A stretch of 63,830 bases of DNA, filler included. It is 4 parts of 4 records of this genome, joined end to end, with 100 filler letters (N's around TTAATTAATTAA, not from the genome) between each part and the next. Parts side by side here need not be neighbours in the genome. Positions count along the whole stretch, not along the records: positions 35,329 to 57,600 come from SRR2962707_5032; 3 more parts are not named here. The stretch is one strand, 5' to 3'. Shown piece after piece: positions 35,329-45,357 of this stretch (position 1 is its first letter; each line of letters starts with the position of its first letter). Under the pieces are notes generated by a model. It did no database searches and was not told where the DNA came from. It was given only the letters and a program-made list of their open reading frames with translations. Position numbers and translations under genes: made by a program.

Positions 35329-35499
35329 AAATTATCGCGGTTTTCAAATAGCGGCAAGCCCTCTCACAACAACCTTGCAAACGCAAAAAATTCCATCGAG
35401 GAAATAATTTGTTATCGTTTGTAAAATTTTCTATATTATGTAGAATAAAAAGTCAGTTTTATTCTGCAAAGCTGACTCAGAGGCGATAGAAAAATAAAG

Positions 35500-36534
35500 A
35501 TGGCCAAGAAAAGTTATAAATCGATGGATGAGTTTGCGCACGCCTGCGGTGTGTCGCGCCCAACTTTATCAAAATACTTCAATGACCCATCAGTGATAAA
35601 AACAGCAACGCGAGAAAAGATTGAAGCCGCGTTGAAAAAGTCCGACTTCGAGCCAAATCTTTTTGCCCGCCAGCTCAACCGCAAGAGAACGCGCAACATT
35701 GGTATTTTAGCGCCAACAATGTCTGACCCATTCTTTGTTCAGGTTGTCAGCCTCATCGAAATCCGGCTGCGTGAAGAAGGTTTTTGGCCTATTCGATTTT
35801 CCTCTCATAGCATGCCTGAATACGAAGATGAAGCCGTGCGAACGATGGCAGCAATGAAGGTGGCTGGTGCCATTGTGGCGCCATTAGGCAACCAATCTCG
35901 CCCCGATGTTTTCGAACGGCTTACTGATTCAGTGCCCGTCGTCTGCTTTGATAGCCCTGCAAAAGTGAACTTGCCCTTCGTTGGCAACAACAATGCGCAA
36001 AGCGTTGAAGTGATCGTTCAATACCTATGTCGCTCGGGTGAACCACCTGTTTTTTTCGACATCCCGCATGTGAACGACAACTCCGGAGAACGCCAAGAAA
36101 GTTACGAAGCCGCCATGCGTAAAGAAGGACACACTCCGTTAGTGGTTTCCTGCGATGCGACACCTTCATGGGAGCATGAGCGTCTGGGTTATGAACAGAT
36201 CCAAAAAGCTTTAAACAGTGGTGGACTGCCTGGCAAAACTATCCTTTGCGCAAATGATCGCTTTGCATTTGGCGCTATGGCATCGGCATTTGCTGCAAAC
36301 TTAAAAATTGGCCGTGATCCTGATTGTGACATCCGCATCGCCGGTCACGACGACCATCCTTTGAGCAGATACACATGCCCGCCCCTAACGACGATGACGC
36401 AAAATGCGCCGGGCATAGCGGAGCAAAGCGTAGAAATATTGCTTGAAGGCATGAAGGACGTCGATGAAGGCAGAAAACCATCAGAAAAGCGGGTAATCCT
36501 CGAGGCAACCCTCGCAATGCGCCAATCTGCTTGA
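35500..36534 (+). CDS. LacI family transcriptional regulator (paralog 1)
   Basis: HTH MDEFAHACGVSRPTLSKY, hinge PNLFARQL, ANDRFAFGA, GHDD, PPLTT. Confidence 0.93.
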   Translation: MAKKSYKSMDEFAHACGVSRPTLSKYFNDPSVIKTATREKIEAALKKSDFEPNLFARQLNRKRTRNIGILAPTMSDPFFVQVVSLIEIRLREEGFWPIRFSSHSMPEYEDEAVRTMAAMKVAGAIVAPLGNQSRPDVFERLTDSVPVVCFDSPAKVNLPFVGNNNAQSVEVIVQYLCRSGEPPVFFDIPHVNDNSGERQESYEAAMRKEGHTPLVVSCDATPSWEHERLGYEQIQKALNSGGLPGKTILCANDRFAFGAMASAFAANLKIGRDPDCDIRIAGHDDHPLSRYTCPPLTTMTQNAPGIAEQSVEILLEGMKDVDEGRKPSEKRVILEATLAMRQSA

Positions 36535-36562
36535 GTCATCTGGGCAATTAAATTCCGAGCTT

Positions 36563-37522
36563 TCAAACCTCCGAATGGAACTTTGGATCGAACTTATGCC
36601 AAGCTGCGCAGAGCGCACTTAGTGCTTCGGCCGCTTCGGGGATATACCCTCCCATTGAGGCAAAGCCATGTATTTGCCCTAACCAAGTTTGCTCAATCAC
36701 TTGCGTCGATTCTGCCAAACGCAATGAATAGACTTTGCCTTCGTCATAAAGCACATCGCATCCCGCTACCCCAATGAATGCTGGCGCTAAATGCTCCATC
36801 GATGATGCAAAAATTGGTGAAGCCCGCCAGTCATCAATCTGATCGAGATTTGCTAGGTAATGCCCACGAGACCAACACATTGCCTCCGCGGTCAATCCAT
36901 AACCGTGTGCATATCGCTTATAACTAGAAGAGCTCTGTGTCATATCCGTTACGGGATAAAGAAGCAACTGCGCCGTTATCGCGGGAAGCATCCCGTCACT
37001 AGCCATCAACGCCAAGACAGCGGCAATATTTCCGCCTGCACTATCACCGCCAACAGCGATACGATCAGCATCAATATCCAACTCCGCAGCATGCGTTTTC
37101 AAATAGGAGAGCACTTCGGCGCAATCATCAATCCCTGCCGGAAATGGATGTTCGGGCGCAAGGCGATAGTCTGGACTAATCACCACTGCCCGCGCCTGAT
37201 TTGCGATAGTTCGGCAAATGTCTTCGTGGGTTTCCGGTGAGCCGACGACCCATCCGCCGCCATGTAGATATAACAATACGGGGGTCGATTTAGAAGCAGC
37301 GCCCTTACCACGCCATAGCTTGACGCGAATATGACGAACATAAAATTCATGGACTTCTGACACATCTTCAAGCGGCAATTGGCAGTGTGAAAACGTCGCC
37401 AGATAATGGTCTCGTGCATCTTTATGCGAGGGGATTTTTTGAGTTTCAACTGGTGCATTGCGCTGAATTTGAGTCAAAGCATAAACAGCAGATTTATCTA
37501 AACTTTGGTCTGGCTTTATCAT
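36563..37522 (-). CDS. Alpha/beta hydrolase, HSL-family esterase
   Basis: HGGGW oxyanion motif, DYRLAPEHPFPA, GDSAGG, catalytic D (CDVL) and H (IHGF). Confidence 0.92.
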   Translation of the reverse strand: MIKPDQSLDKSAVYALTQIQRNAPVETQKIPSHKDARDHYLATFSHCQLPLEDVSEVHEFYVRHIRVKLWRGKGAASKSTPVLLYLHGGGWVVGSPETHEDICRTIANQARAVVISPDYRLAPEHPFPAGIDDCAEVLSYLKTHAAELDIDADRIAVGGDSAGGNIAAVLALMASDGMLPAITAQLLLYPVTDMTQSSSSYKRYAHGYGLTAEAMCWSRGHYLANLDQIDDWRASPIFASSMEHLAPAFIGVAGCDVLYDEGKVYSLRLAESTQVIEQTWLGQIHGFASMGGYIPEAAEALSALCAAWHKFDPKFHSEV

Positions 37523-37628
37523 TTCACCTACTCTTCACATTGTTCCATTTCGAAAAGTCCTGTGAACGCTCATTTTCTGAAATAAAGCACCAAAAGATGT
37601 TCATAGAACACACATTCAAGAATATTTG

Positions 37629-37642
37629 TTGACGCGCGGCAA
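37629..37642. promoter_or_regulatory. Candidate LacI-type operator overlapping a TTGACG -35 box
   Basis: TTGACGCGCGGCAA near-palindrome; related sites at 46471 and 46504. Confidence 0.55.
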
Positions 37643-37704
37643 ATTTTTACATTACATGTAGATAGTTTTTTAACGCAAACGATAATAATAGCAAGATCAA
37701 AGGG

Positions 37705-38529
37705 ATGATTATGAGCAACGCAACACTTCTGGTCGGGTGCCAGACCTTTACATGGGAAATGCTCGGTAACAACTGGACTGGAAGCGCCGTCGATCTTGTG
37801 CGCACGATTTCGAAGGCTGGTTATGCTGGAATTGAAATTACGGACACTATGATTGGTGATTTCGCAAACAAGCCAAATGAATTCAAAACTTTACTCGACA
37901 ATGAGGGAATTGAGCTTGTCTCATTTGCGTTTGGTTCGAGCAGTGGATTCTGTCAAGCTGAGCAAATCGCTTCCGATTTGGAAACTACTAAAAAGTGGGT
38001 CGATTTTGCTGCTCATTTTCCCAAAGCAATGGTCTCGCTTGGTTCAGCAACCGTGATGTCTGAAGGTAGCCGAGCTGACAAATTCGCAATAGCTGCCGAA
38101 GTTTATAATCGTGCCACTCAAATCGGTGCGCTTGCTTCCATTGCAGTCGCAATCCACCCATCATCTCATCACAATACTCTGCTTTTAAGCCGCTCTGATT
38201 ACGACCAGGTATTCTCCCGTCTGGACGAAAATGTCGGCTGGGTGCCAGACACCGGTCACATTTTGCGCGGCAAAATGGATATGATCGGTACGCTGGACAC
38301 TTATAAGGACCGCATTCGCTACGTCCATTTAAAGGACGTCGATGCGGACGGAAACTGGGCCATGCTCGGTTCCGGTGCCTGTGACACGCTTGCCGTGATA
38401 GCAGCGGCACAGCGCGCACCAAACTTTAATGGTTGGTTGGTCGTCGAAGAAGAATCGCCATTTGCAGAATCTAATCCCGATGAGGCCGTTCGCCAAAACC
38501 GGAAAACACTGCGTGGGCTTGGACACTAA
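37705..38529 (+). CDS. Sugar phosphate isomerase/epimerase (IolE/AP-endonuclease-2 TIM barrel)
   Basis: GYAGIE, PDTGH, YVHLKD, FNGWLVVEEE. Confidence 0.88.
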   Translation: MIMSNATLLVGCQTFTWEMLGNNWTGSAVDLVRTISKAGYAGIEITDTMIGDFANKPNEFKTLLDNEGIELVSFAFGSSSGFCQAEQIASDLETTKKWVDFAAHFPKAMVSLGSATVMSEGSRADKFAIAAEVYNRATQIGALASIAVAIHPSSHHNTLLLSRSDYDQVFSRLDENVGWVPDTGHILRGKMDMIGTLDTYKDRIRYVHLKDVDADGNWAMLGSGACDTLAVIAAAQRAPNFNGWLVVEEESPFAESNPDEAVRQNRKTLRGLGH

Positions 38530-38530
38530 A

Positions 38531-39181
38531 ATGACACAAGAGCAAGTGTCATTAGATGAGCTGGCTGAAGCGATATTAGATCGCGTTAAGAGCCAGCAAT
38601 CAGCAAATCCTCGCATTCTTGTGGCGATGGCTGGCCCGCCCGGCGCAGGCAAGTCGACAAGCGCAACCATGATGATTGAAAAGCTTAATGCTGTCACAGA
38701 AACCAAAGCCACAATACTTCCTATGGATGGCTATCACTATGATGATGCTATTTTAAATGAACGCAATTTAATTGCGCGAAAAGGGTCTCCGCCCACTTTT
38801 GATGTTACTGGACTTGCGCATATGATTGCCCGCGTGAAACGCAACGCCGAGGCCGAAATTGCAGTTCCTGTATTCGATAACAAGCTAGGACTGAGCCGCG
38901 CAGCTGCACGCATGATCCCTCAAGATGCCAATATTATTATCATTGAGGGCAACTATTTACTGCTCAAAGATGCGCCTTGGTGCGATCTAGCTGCGATGTT
39001 CGACATGACCGTGATGATAGAAATGCCTGAACACATTTTACGCCAAAGGCTTGAGGGCCGCTGGCAGTCACACAACAATTCTCCCGAACAGATTAGAGCC
39101 AAAGTTGAAGAAAACGATCTTCCAAATGGGCGACTGGTTTCGTCCCAAAGCATTCAAGCGGAATTTGTTATCGAATCCTAA
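38531..39181 (+). CDS. P-loop kinase, FrcK/YggC-like
   Basis: AGPPGAGKST, LPMDGYH, RKGSPPTFD, IEGNYLLL, NDLPNG; ATG 1 nt after the upstream stop. Confidence 0.85.
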   Translation: MTQEQVSLDELAEAILDRVKSQQSANPRILVAMAGPPGAGKSTSATMMIEKLNAVTETKATILPMDGYHYDDAILNERNLIARKGSPPTFDVTGLAHMIARVKRNAEAEIAVPVFDNKLGLSRAAARMIPQDANIIIIEGNYLLLKDAPWCDLAAMFDMTVMIEMPEHILRQRLEGRWQSHNNSPEQIRAKVEENDLPNGRLVSSQSIQAEFVIES

Positions 39182-39226
39182 TCGAACAAAATCCAGAACC
39201 ACAACTCTCAAAATAAGGAAAATAAC

Positions 39227-39955
39227 ATGTCTGGTTTTGACAAAGGACCAATCCTCGTAACTGGCGCCAGCGGCGGCATTGGTGCGGCTACTGTCCGCCA
39301 ACTGTGCGCTGCCGGCGCTGCTGTGATCGCCAGCGGGCGCAACCAAGTACAGCTTGATAAACTGGCTGCTGAAACCGGCTGCTCCACCCTCGCTTTTGAC
39401 TTGAAGTCTGAGGACAGCGTTCGCGAAGCTCTTGATGGCATTGACCTATGGGGTGTTGTTAATTGTGGCGGCTTTGGCGGAGAAATAGCAACACCTATGG
39501 ACACAGATATATCTGTGTTTGACGAAGTGATTTCCATCAATGCACGTGGTGCTTTGCTGGTAACTAAATATGCGTCGCAATCCATGGTCCGGCTTGGAAA
39601 AGGCGGTGCAATTGTAAACGTATCCAGCCAAGCATCACTCGTGGCTCTTAAAGGGCATATTTCATATGGCTCATCAAAAGCTGCACTCGATAATATTACA
39701 CGTGTTTCTGCAATGGAACTTGGTCAATACAATATCCGTGTGAACAGCGTAAACCCAACTGTTGTTATGACAGAGATGTCAGCCTTCTATTGGGGACGTC
39801 CAGATATAGGTGATCCTTTCATGGCACAAATGCCATTGGGCCGCTGGGCAACCGAAGATGAAATCGCAGCACCTATCGTCTTTCTTTTGAGCGATGGCGC
39901 GTCGATGATTACCGGCGTCACATTACCAATCGACGGTGGCTTTACCGCTTGCTGA
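39227..39955 (+). CDS. SDR oxidoreductase, L-xylulose reductase (DCXR)-like
   Basis: TGASGGIG, NVSSQAS, YGSSK, IRVNSVNPTVVMT (DCXR-type signature). Confidence 0.85.
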   Translation: MSGFDKGPILVTGASGGIGAATVRQLCAAGAAVIASGRNQVQLDKLAAETGCSTLAFDLKSEDSVREALDGIDLWGVVNCGGFGGEIATPMDTDISVFDEVISINARGALLVTKYASQSMVRLGKGGAIVNVSSQASLVALKGHISYGSSKAALDNITRVSAMELGQYNIRVNSVNPTVVMTEMSAFYWGRPDIGDPFMAQMPLGRWATEDEIAAPIVFLLSDGASMITGVTLPIDGGFTAC

Positions 39956-40012
39956 ACAACCCAAATGCCCAGCTATCAATTCGAAAGCTGGGCTGCATTT
40001 CGGATTTATCCA

Positions 40013-41479
40013 ATGTCCATTTCTTTGAACCAATCTGCTTTTGCCAATTTGCCTGAAGGTGTGGAAACTCCCAATTATGATCGCCAAAAAATTACTGGCG
40101 GCATTGTCCATATTGGCGTTGGGAACTTCCATCGCGCCCACATGGCCGTCTATTTAGATAATCTCTTCAATCTTGGAGATGATTTTGAATGGGGTATCGT
40201 CGGCGCTGGCATACGTCCAAACGATGCAACCATGCGTGAGCGATTATCAGGCCAAGATTGGTTGACAACTGTTGTTGAGCTCGATCCATCGGGCTTATCA
40301 GCGCGGGTGACTGGTTCAATGATAGGCTTTGCACCAGTAGACGCTGATGCGATCATCAAAGCATTGAGTGAGCCGAACATTAAAATTGTCTCACTCACCG
40401 TCACGGAAGGTGGATACTATTTAGATGGCGCGAACGGCGGCTTTCAGTCAGGTAATCCCGACATTGTTGCCGATGCAAATACGCCAGAGCAGCCAAAAAC
40501 GATATTTGGAATCATCATCGCAGCAATTAAGAAACGGCGAGATCTTGGCCATGCACCATTTACTGTTTTGTCGTGTGATAATTTGCCGGGCAATGGCCAT
40601 GTTGCACAGCACACTATAGTTGGTCTCGCAGGTCTATCTGACCCAAATCTAGCTACATGGATTGAGCAGAACATCTGCTTTCCCAACTCGATGGTGGATT
40701 GCATAACCCCTGCAACAACAGATCGAGAACGTACACTTGTTGAAAGCACATTTGGCATCAAAGATAGCGCACCTGTTGTTTGCGAGCCATTCCACCAATG
40801 GATCATCGAGGATAAGTTTTCTTCTGGCCGCCCCCCACTTGAGAAAGTAGGTGTCGAGTTTGTGGAAGATGTCTCAAAATACGAACTTATGAAGCTTAGA
40901 ATTTTGAACGCTGGGCACGCCATGATTGCCTATGCTGCAACTCTTCTGGGGCATCATTTCGTGCATGATGCAATGGCCGATGAAGATATTAAAAACTGGC
41001 TTTTAGCACTGCAATTGCGCGAAGTGATTCCGACACTCTCTACAATCGAAGATGTCGATTATTCAGATTATCTTGCTAAAACCGCTACTCGTTTTGCGAA
41101 CCCAGAAATTGGTGACACTATTCCGCGCCTTGCTGCAGAAGGCTCCGATAGGCAACCAAAATTCATTCTGCCAACGCTGCGCGATGCACTTGCTAATAAT
41201 GGCCCTATTGACGGACTTGCACTTGAAGTCGCCCTCTGGTGCCTTCATTGCCAAGGCAAAGCTCAAGATAACACAGATATCCAACTGCAAGACCAACAAG
41301 CAGAAAAGTTGCGCGCTTTGGCGATTGAAGCAACTGAGCACCCTACGGCATTTTTGCAGAACACAGATGTATTTGGCGACCTGGCAAAAAATATCCGTTT
41401 TAGTGATGCATTTAGCTTTGGGCTCATGCAGCTCAAACGTGACGGCGTTAGAGAAACCATCAGGTCCTACGTTTCATAA
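40013..41479 (+). CDS. Mannitol dehydrogenase family (long-chain polyol dehydrogenase)
   Basis: VHIGVGNFHRAH, SLTVTEGGY, LSCDN, PNSMVDCITP, YELMKLRILNAGH. Confidence 0.93.
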   Translation: MSISLNQSAFANLPEGVETPNYDRQKITGGIVHIGVGNFHRAHMAVYLDNLFNLGDDFEWGIVGAGIRPNDATMRERLSGQDWLTTVVELDPSGLSARVTGSMIGFAPVDADAIIKALSEPNIKIVSLTVTEGGYYLDGANGGFQSGNPDIVADANTPEQPKTIFGIIIAAIKKRRDLGHAPFTVLSCDNLPGNGHVAQHTIVGLAGLSDPNLATWIEQNICFPNSMVDCITPATTDRERTLVESTFGIKDSAPVVCEPFHQWIIEDKFSSGRPPLEKVGVEFVEDVSKYELMKLRILNAGHAMIAYAATLLGHHFVHDAMADEDIKNWLLALQLREVIPTLSTIEDVDYSDYLAKTATRFANPEIGDTIPRLAAEGSDRQPKFILPTLRDALANNGPIDGLALEVALWCLHCQGKAQDNTDIQLQDQQAEKLRALAIEATEHPTAFLQNTDVFGDLAKNIRFSDAFSFGLMQLKRDGVRETIRSYVS

Positions 41480-41502
41480 TTATAACTATTGGGAGAAATA
41501 AA

Positions 41503-42357
41503 ATGAGCGTTAGCGGCTTTGGTGTCCACACAGCTATGTGGGCGATGGAATGGAACAAATCCGCGGCGGAATACGCTATTCCTGAAGCGGTTAAGTATGA
41601 CATAGACTTTCTTGAGATCACTATGCTTGATCCTGGAAACGTAGATACTGGACACACACGCGTCCTCTTGGAAAAACATGAGGTTGATTGCGTTGCATCG
41701 TTGGGGTTACCGCTTGATAAACTGCCAACAAACAACCCAGATGATGCGCTCGATTTCTTGAAAATGGCCATTGATACGACAGACGCCATCGGCGCTAAAG
41801 CGATAAGCGGTGTGCTATACGGAGGCATTGGCCAGCGTACTGGCTTAGCGCCAACACAAGGCGAAATCGAAGCAACGGCGCGGGTTGTTAAAGAGGCTGC
41901 GGCCTATGCTAAAAAGCGTGGACTGCTCTATGGGCTAGAGGCGGTAAACCGATATGAAAACCACATTCTCAATACGGCAGATCAGGCCAGTTCCCTCTGT
42001 GAAATGATTGGTGCAGATAACATCTTTGTCCATCTTGATACTTACCACATGAACATTGAGGAAAAGGGTCTTGCAAACGGCATACTCCGGGCCAGAGAAC
42101 ACTTAAAATACATACATCTTTCGGCTTCTGACCGCGGCACTCCCGGCTGCGATACTATTCAGTGGGATGAAGTTTTTGGCACATTGGCGGCGATCGGGTT
42201 CAAAGGCGGCATGGCGATGGAGAGCTTCATTACGGTTCCCCCACAGATCGCCTCAGCGCTGTCGGTCTGGCGTGATGTTGCCCCATCACGCGAGGAAGTG
42301 CTAACCGATGGGTTGAGCTTTTTGCGTATGAAAGCACGGCAATACAATCTTATCTAA
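41503..42357 (+). CDS. Ketose 3-epimerase (D-psicose/D-tagatose/L-ribulose 3-epimerase family)
   Basis: LEAVNRYE, HLDTYHMNIEE, YIHLS.SDRGTPG, MESF metal-ligand motifs. Confidence 0.88.
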   Translation: MSVSGFGVHTAMWAMEWNKSAAEYAIPEAVKYDIDFLEITMLDPGNVDTGHTRVLLEKHEVDCVASLGLPLDKLPTNNPDDALDFLKMAIDTTDAIGAKAISGVLYGGIGQRTGLAPTQGEIEATARVVKEAAAYAKKRGLLYGLEAVNRYENHILNTADQASSLCEMIGADNIFVHLDTYHMNIEEKGLANGILRAREHLKYIHLSASDRGTPGCDTIQWDEVFGTLAAIGFKGGMAMESFITVPPQIASALSVWRDVAPSREEVLTDGLSFLRMKARQYNLI

Positions 42358-42368
42358 GTTTTTTAAAC

Positions 42369-42409
42369 AAAAAAAACCGCCGACTGAGATCTCAGTCGGC
42401 GGCTTCTTT
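42369..42409. terminator. Bidirectional rho-independent terminator
   Basis: Perfect 26-bp palindrome ccgccgactgagatctcagtcggcgg (42377-42402) flanked by an A-run and a T-rich tract, between convergent genes. Confidence 0.85.
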
Positions 42410-42421
42410 GTCTCTAGTTTC

Positions 42422-43507
42422 CTAATTGGCTTTAAGTTCTTTCATTTTGGCAATTGCCTTTGCCATCAAATCCAAATCTCGCCTTGAGTCTTCTAAATCC
42501 GTTTCAGGTGCCGTTTTATCCATAATGTGACGACGGAAGGTAATCAACTCGTTTGAAAAAGCATCTGCGTAGATTGGGTCAAGCGTACGATTTACCGGAC
42601 CTTGAGGCGTAGACTCGGTAATTTCCAATCGTGTAGGAAGGCTGCGGATATAGGGGGTGTCGTAAATAATGCGCACACGCTTGGTATTTGAGCGCACTTC
42701 GATCATCGCATCAAAGACCCCTAGATCGTCGACGACTGCATCATAATTTGCAACGAAATGACCGTAATCAAACATCACCGTTGTATTGGCACCGGCATTT
42801 GTGCGGTGTGCAGCAAGCACACCATATGGATCGCCAAGAAGACCGCGCATGGCATTGATGTGATGCGAACTTAATGCTGTTAGGCCGCGATAAGCACGGA
42901 TAAGATCATCGGGCGCATCATCGCCGACTACCTTTGCAATCAATGCGCTGCGCGCTTCAGCGCCATTTTTCAGTAAGTCAGGGTCAATATCATCTGGATA
43001 AAGTACATTCTGGCTTTTGCTTAGAAAGTGTCGGCCTTCTGAAATCAGATCAAAAATGCGCACATGCGTAATATCCTCAAATGCAGGCAATTCTACTTTA
43101 GCGGCCTGATAGGCGGACGCATAACGGCGCATATAACCAACAAATATAGTCTTATCATATCCCTTAGCGTGTTCGATTAGCTCATCAAGTTCGCCGGTTG
43201 TCAAACAGGCTGGCTTTTCAAGCAATACGTGCTTTTTAGCATCAATTGCCGCATGTAAAAACCGTGCATGAGTATCATCAGACGACAAGATGAATACAAC
43301 GTCAATGTCCGGCGAATTGATCAACGCTTCGGCGGTTTCAAAACCAATTACATCAGGATTTTGAGATACAGTAAGGTCGATTAGTTTTTTTGAAACATCA
43401 AAAACGCCAGCAACCTTCCAAAGATCACGTTGATCGCGTAAAACGGGCAGATGGATAGATTGGGCAACTTCGCCCAAGCCTAAAAGGCCAACACGCAGAA
43501 CTGTCAC
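42422..43507 (-). CDS. Gfo/Idh/MocA oxidoreductase
   Basis: VGLLGLG, HVLLEKP, VGYMRRY; GTG start with AGGAG RBS. Confidence 0.9.
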   Translation of the reverse strand: MTVLRVGLLGLGEVAQSIHLPVLRDQRDLWKVAGVFDVSKKLIDLTVSQNPDVIGFETAEALINSPDIDVVFILSSDDTHARFLHAAIDAKKHVLLEKPACLTTGELDELIEHAKGYDKTIFVGYMRRYASAYQAAKVELPAFEDITHVRIFDLISEGRHFLSKSQNVLYPDDIDPDLLKNGAEARSALIAKVVGDDAPDDLIRAYRGLTALSSHHINAMRGLLGDPYGVLAAHRTNAGANTTVMFDYGHFVANYDAVVDDLGVFDAMIEVRSNTKRVRIIYDTPYIRSLPTRLEITESTPQGPVNRTLDPIYADAFSNELITFRRHIMDKTAPETDLEDSRRDLDLMAKAIAKMKELKAN

Positions 43508-43559
43508 GAGAAAACTCCTAATTTAAATTGAATAATTGATGGCCATGCTGTCATAAAAT

Positions 43560-43584
43560 TCAGAGCCAATCACATTGGCTCTGA
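43560..43584. promoter_or_regulatory. Intercistronic stem-loop
   Basis: tcagagccaat-cac-attggctctga, 11-bp perfect stem between the ABC ATPase and Gfo genes. Confidence 0.55.
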
Positions 43585-43591
43585 TGTAATT

Positions 43592-44356
43592 TCAGGCAGC
43601 GCCGGTCACCAAGGCAACCAGATGCTCACCTGTTGTTTCTGCAGATCGCACTGAACCAGCTACTTCACCTGCACGCATAACCCAGACCTGATCGGCCAAA
43701 CGTAAGACCTGATCAAAATTATGAGAGACGAGAATGACGCTGACTTTCTCTTCCTTCAACTTACGGATAAGCGCCTCAACATTTGCAGTCTCTTGGACAC
43801 CAAGTGCTGCGGTTGGCTCATCCATAATCACAATTCTGGCCCCTGCTCCTACAGCGCGGCAAATCGAGATTGCTTGGCGCTGCCCGCCAGAAAGCCTTCG
43901 CACTCTTTGATGAACAGAAGGAACATTGATTGAAAGACGTGATAACATCGCTTCTGCGCCGGAGCGCATTGCACTGCGATTCAAGAAGTTAAATGGCCCA
44001 ATACTCCGGACAATTTCTCTATTGAGGTAGAGGTTCTGTGCCACTGTAAGCTCATCAATTAGTGCTAGGTTTTGATGCACAGTTTCGATGCCAGCGTTAC
44101 GCGCCTCATCAGGTGTCGCATAGGGGTTAGGTTTCCCCTCCATGTAGATTGTGCCTTGATCCGGATTATGAACACCGACAAGACAACGAACGAGCGTTGA
44201 TTTTCCGGCGCCATTGTCGCCAATCAGAGCTGTAACTTCGCCGGGCATTGCCCAAAAAGCAACATCTGACAGCGCTTTGACCGCACCAAAACTTTTGCCA
44301 ACACCCTCACACGACAAAACCGCATCAGGTGGACATTTTGAAAGCTTCGCACTCAT
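43592..44356 (-). CDS. Sugar ABC transporter ATP-binding protein (single domain, CUT2)
   Basis: GDNGAGKST, LSGGQRQ, IMDEPT; ATGA overlap with the permease. Confidence 0.93.
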   Translation of the reverse strand: MSAKLSKCPPDAVLSCEGVGKSFGAVKALSDVAFWAMPGEVTALIGDNGAGKSTLVRCLVGVHNPDQGTIYMEGKPNPYATPDEARNAGIETVHQNLALIDELTVAQNLYLNREIVRSIGPFNFLNRSAMRSGAEAMLSRLSINVPSVHQRVRRLSGGQRQAISICRAVGAGARIVIMDEPTAALGVQETANVEALIRKLKEEKVSVILVSHNFDQVLRLADQVWVMRAGEVAGSVRSAETTGEHLVALVTGAA

Positions 44357-45357
44357 TTCTGATACCTCATGATTAAGGCTGCCCAAATCACAATCAAGCC
44401 AACCGCAACAGGCTGATAGAATGCAGACACACTTAGCAACGTCAGACCATTCACTAGCGTCGTCAACATAATTGCGCCTAGGACTGGACCCAAAATACTG
44501 CCTCGCCCGCCAAACAAGCTGACACCGCCAAGTACCACCGCCGCCACGGAATTAAGCAGGAGATTTGTATTGATTGTTGGTTCAGCAGAACCGATGCGCG
44601 CCACAAGCAAAATTGCAGCAATGCCACCGCATGCACCGGAAATTGTGTAGGCAGCGACTCGCACCTTTTCGGTACGAATACCAAGCGAACGCGCATTCTC
44701 CTGCTGCCCACCAGTCGCCATCAAATGAATGCCGAAGCGCGTGTGAAACAACACGATATGCGAGAAAAAAGCTACTGCACAGGCAATTAAGAATGGATAT
44801 CCAAAGACACCCAAAGAACCCGACGATAGTTTGAGCAAAAATAAGCTACTAACCGTGTTCGGATTACCGCCTGACAATATAAGGCCAAAGCCTGTAACGA
44901 TTGATAGAGAACCAAGCGTAACGACGAAGTCTGGGATTTTCCCCCTCGTAATACACACGCCGTTTAAAAAGCCGATTGCACATGTTGCCATAACAGCAAA
45001 GATGCAAGCATAACCAACATCCCAACCGGCATTGTTGGTTAGGCCAAGCACAATAGCACCAAGCATAACAGAAGAAGCCAGAGAAAGATCAATACCCGCT
45101 GTCATGATCACAAATGTCTGGCCAACAGCCAGAACAATCAAGATTGCACCAGCTACCAACAACGCTTGAATATTTGGTACGGTGAGAAAAACAGGCTGCA
45201 GGATAGTGAACACAACCACCAGACCGAGCAGCCCAACGGCTGAAGCCCAATCTGCCCAGAATGATGGCTCAGAAAGTGCCGTTACCCATGAAGGATAACG
45301 GCGCTTGTTCACCGTATTAACCGCCGCATCATCGGGGGAAATTATGGTTTTAGTCAT
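44353..45357 (-). CDS. Sugar ABC transporter permease (RbsC-like)
   Basis: AGIDLS, IPDFVVTLG, AAVVLGGVSLFGGRG; multiple hydrophobic helices. Confidence 0.93.
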   Translation of the reverse strand: MTKTIISPDDAAVNTVNKRRYPSWVTALSEPSFWADWASAVGLLGLVVVFTILQPVFLTVPNIQALLVAGAILIVLAVGQTFVIMTAGIDLSLASSVMLGAIVLGLTNNAGWDVGYACIFAVMATCAIGFLNGVCITRGKIPDFVVTLGSLSIVTGFGLILSGGNPNTVSSLFLLKLSSGSLGVFGYPFLIACAVAFFSHIVLFHTRFGIHLMATGGQQENARSLGIRTEKVRVAAYTISGACGGIAAILLVARIGSAEPTINTNLLLNSVAAVVLGGVSLFGGRGSILGPVLGAIMLTTLVNGLTLLSVSAFYQPVAVGLIVIWAALIMRYQK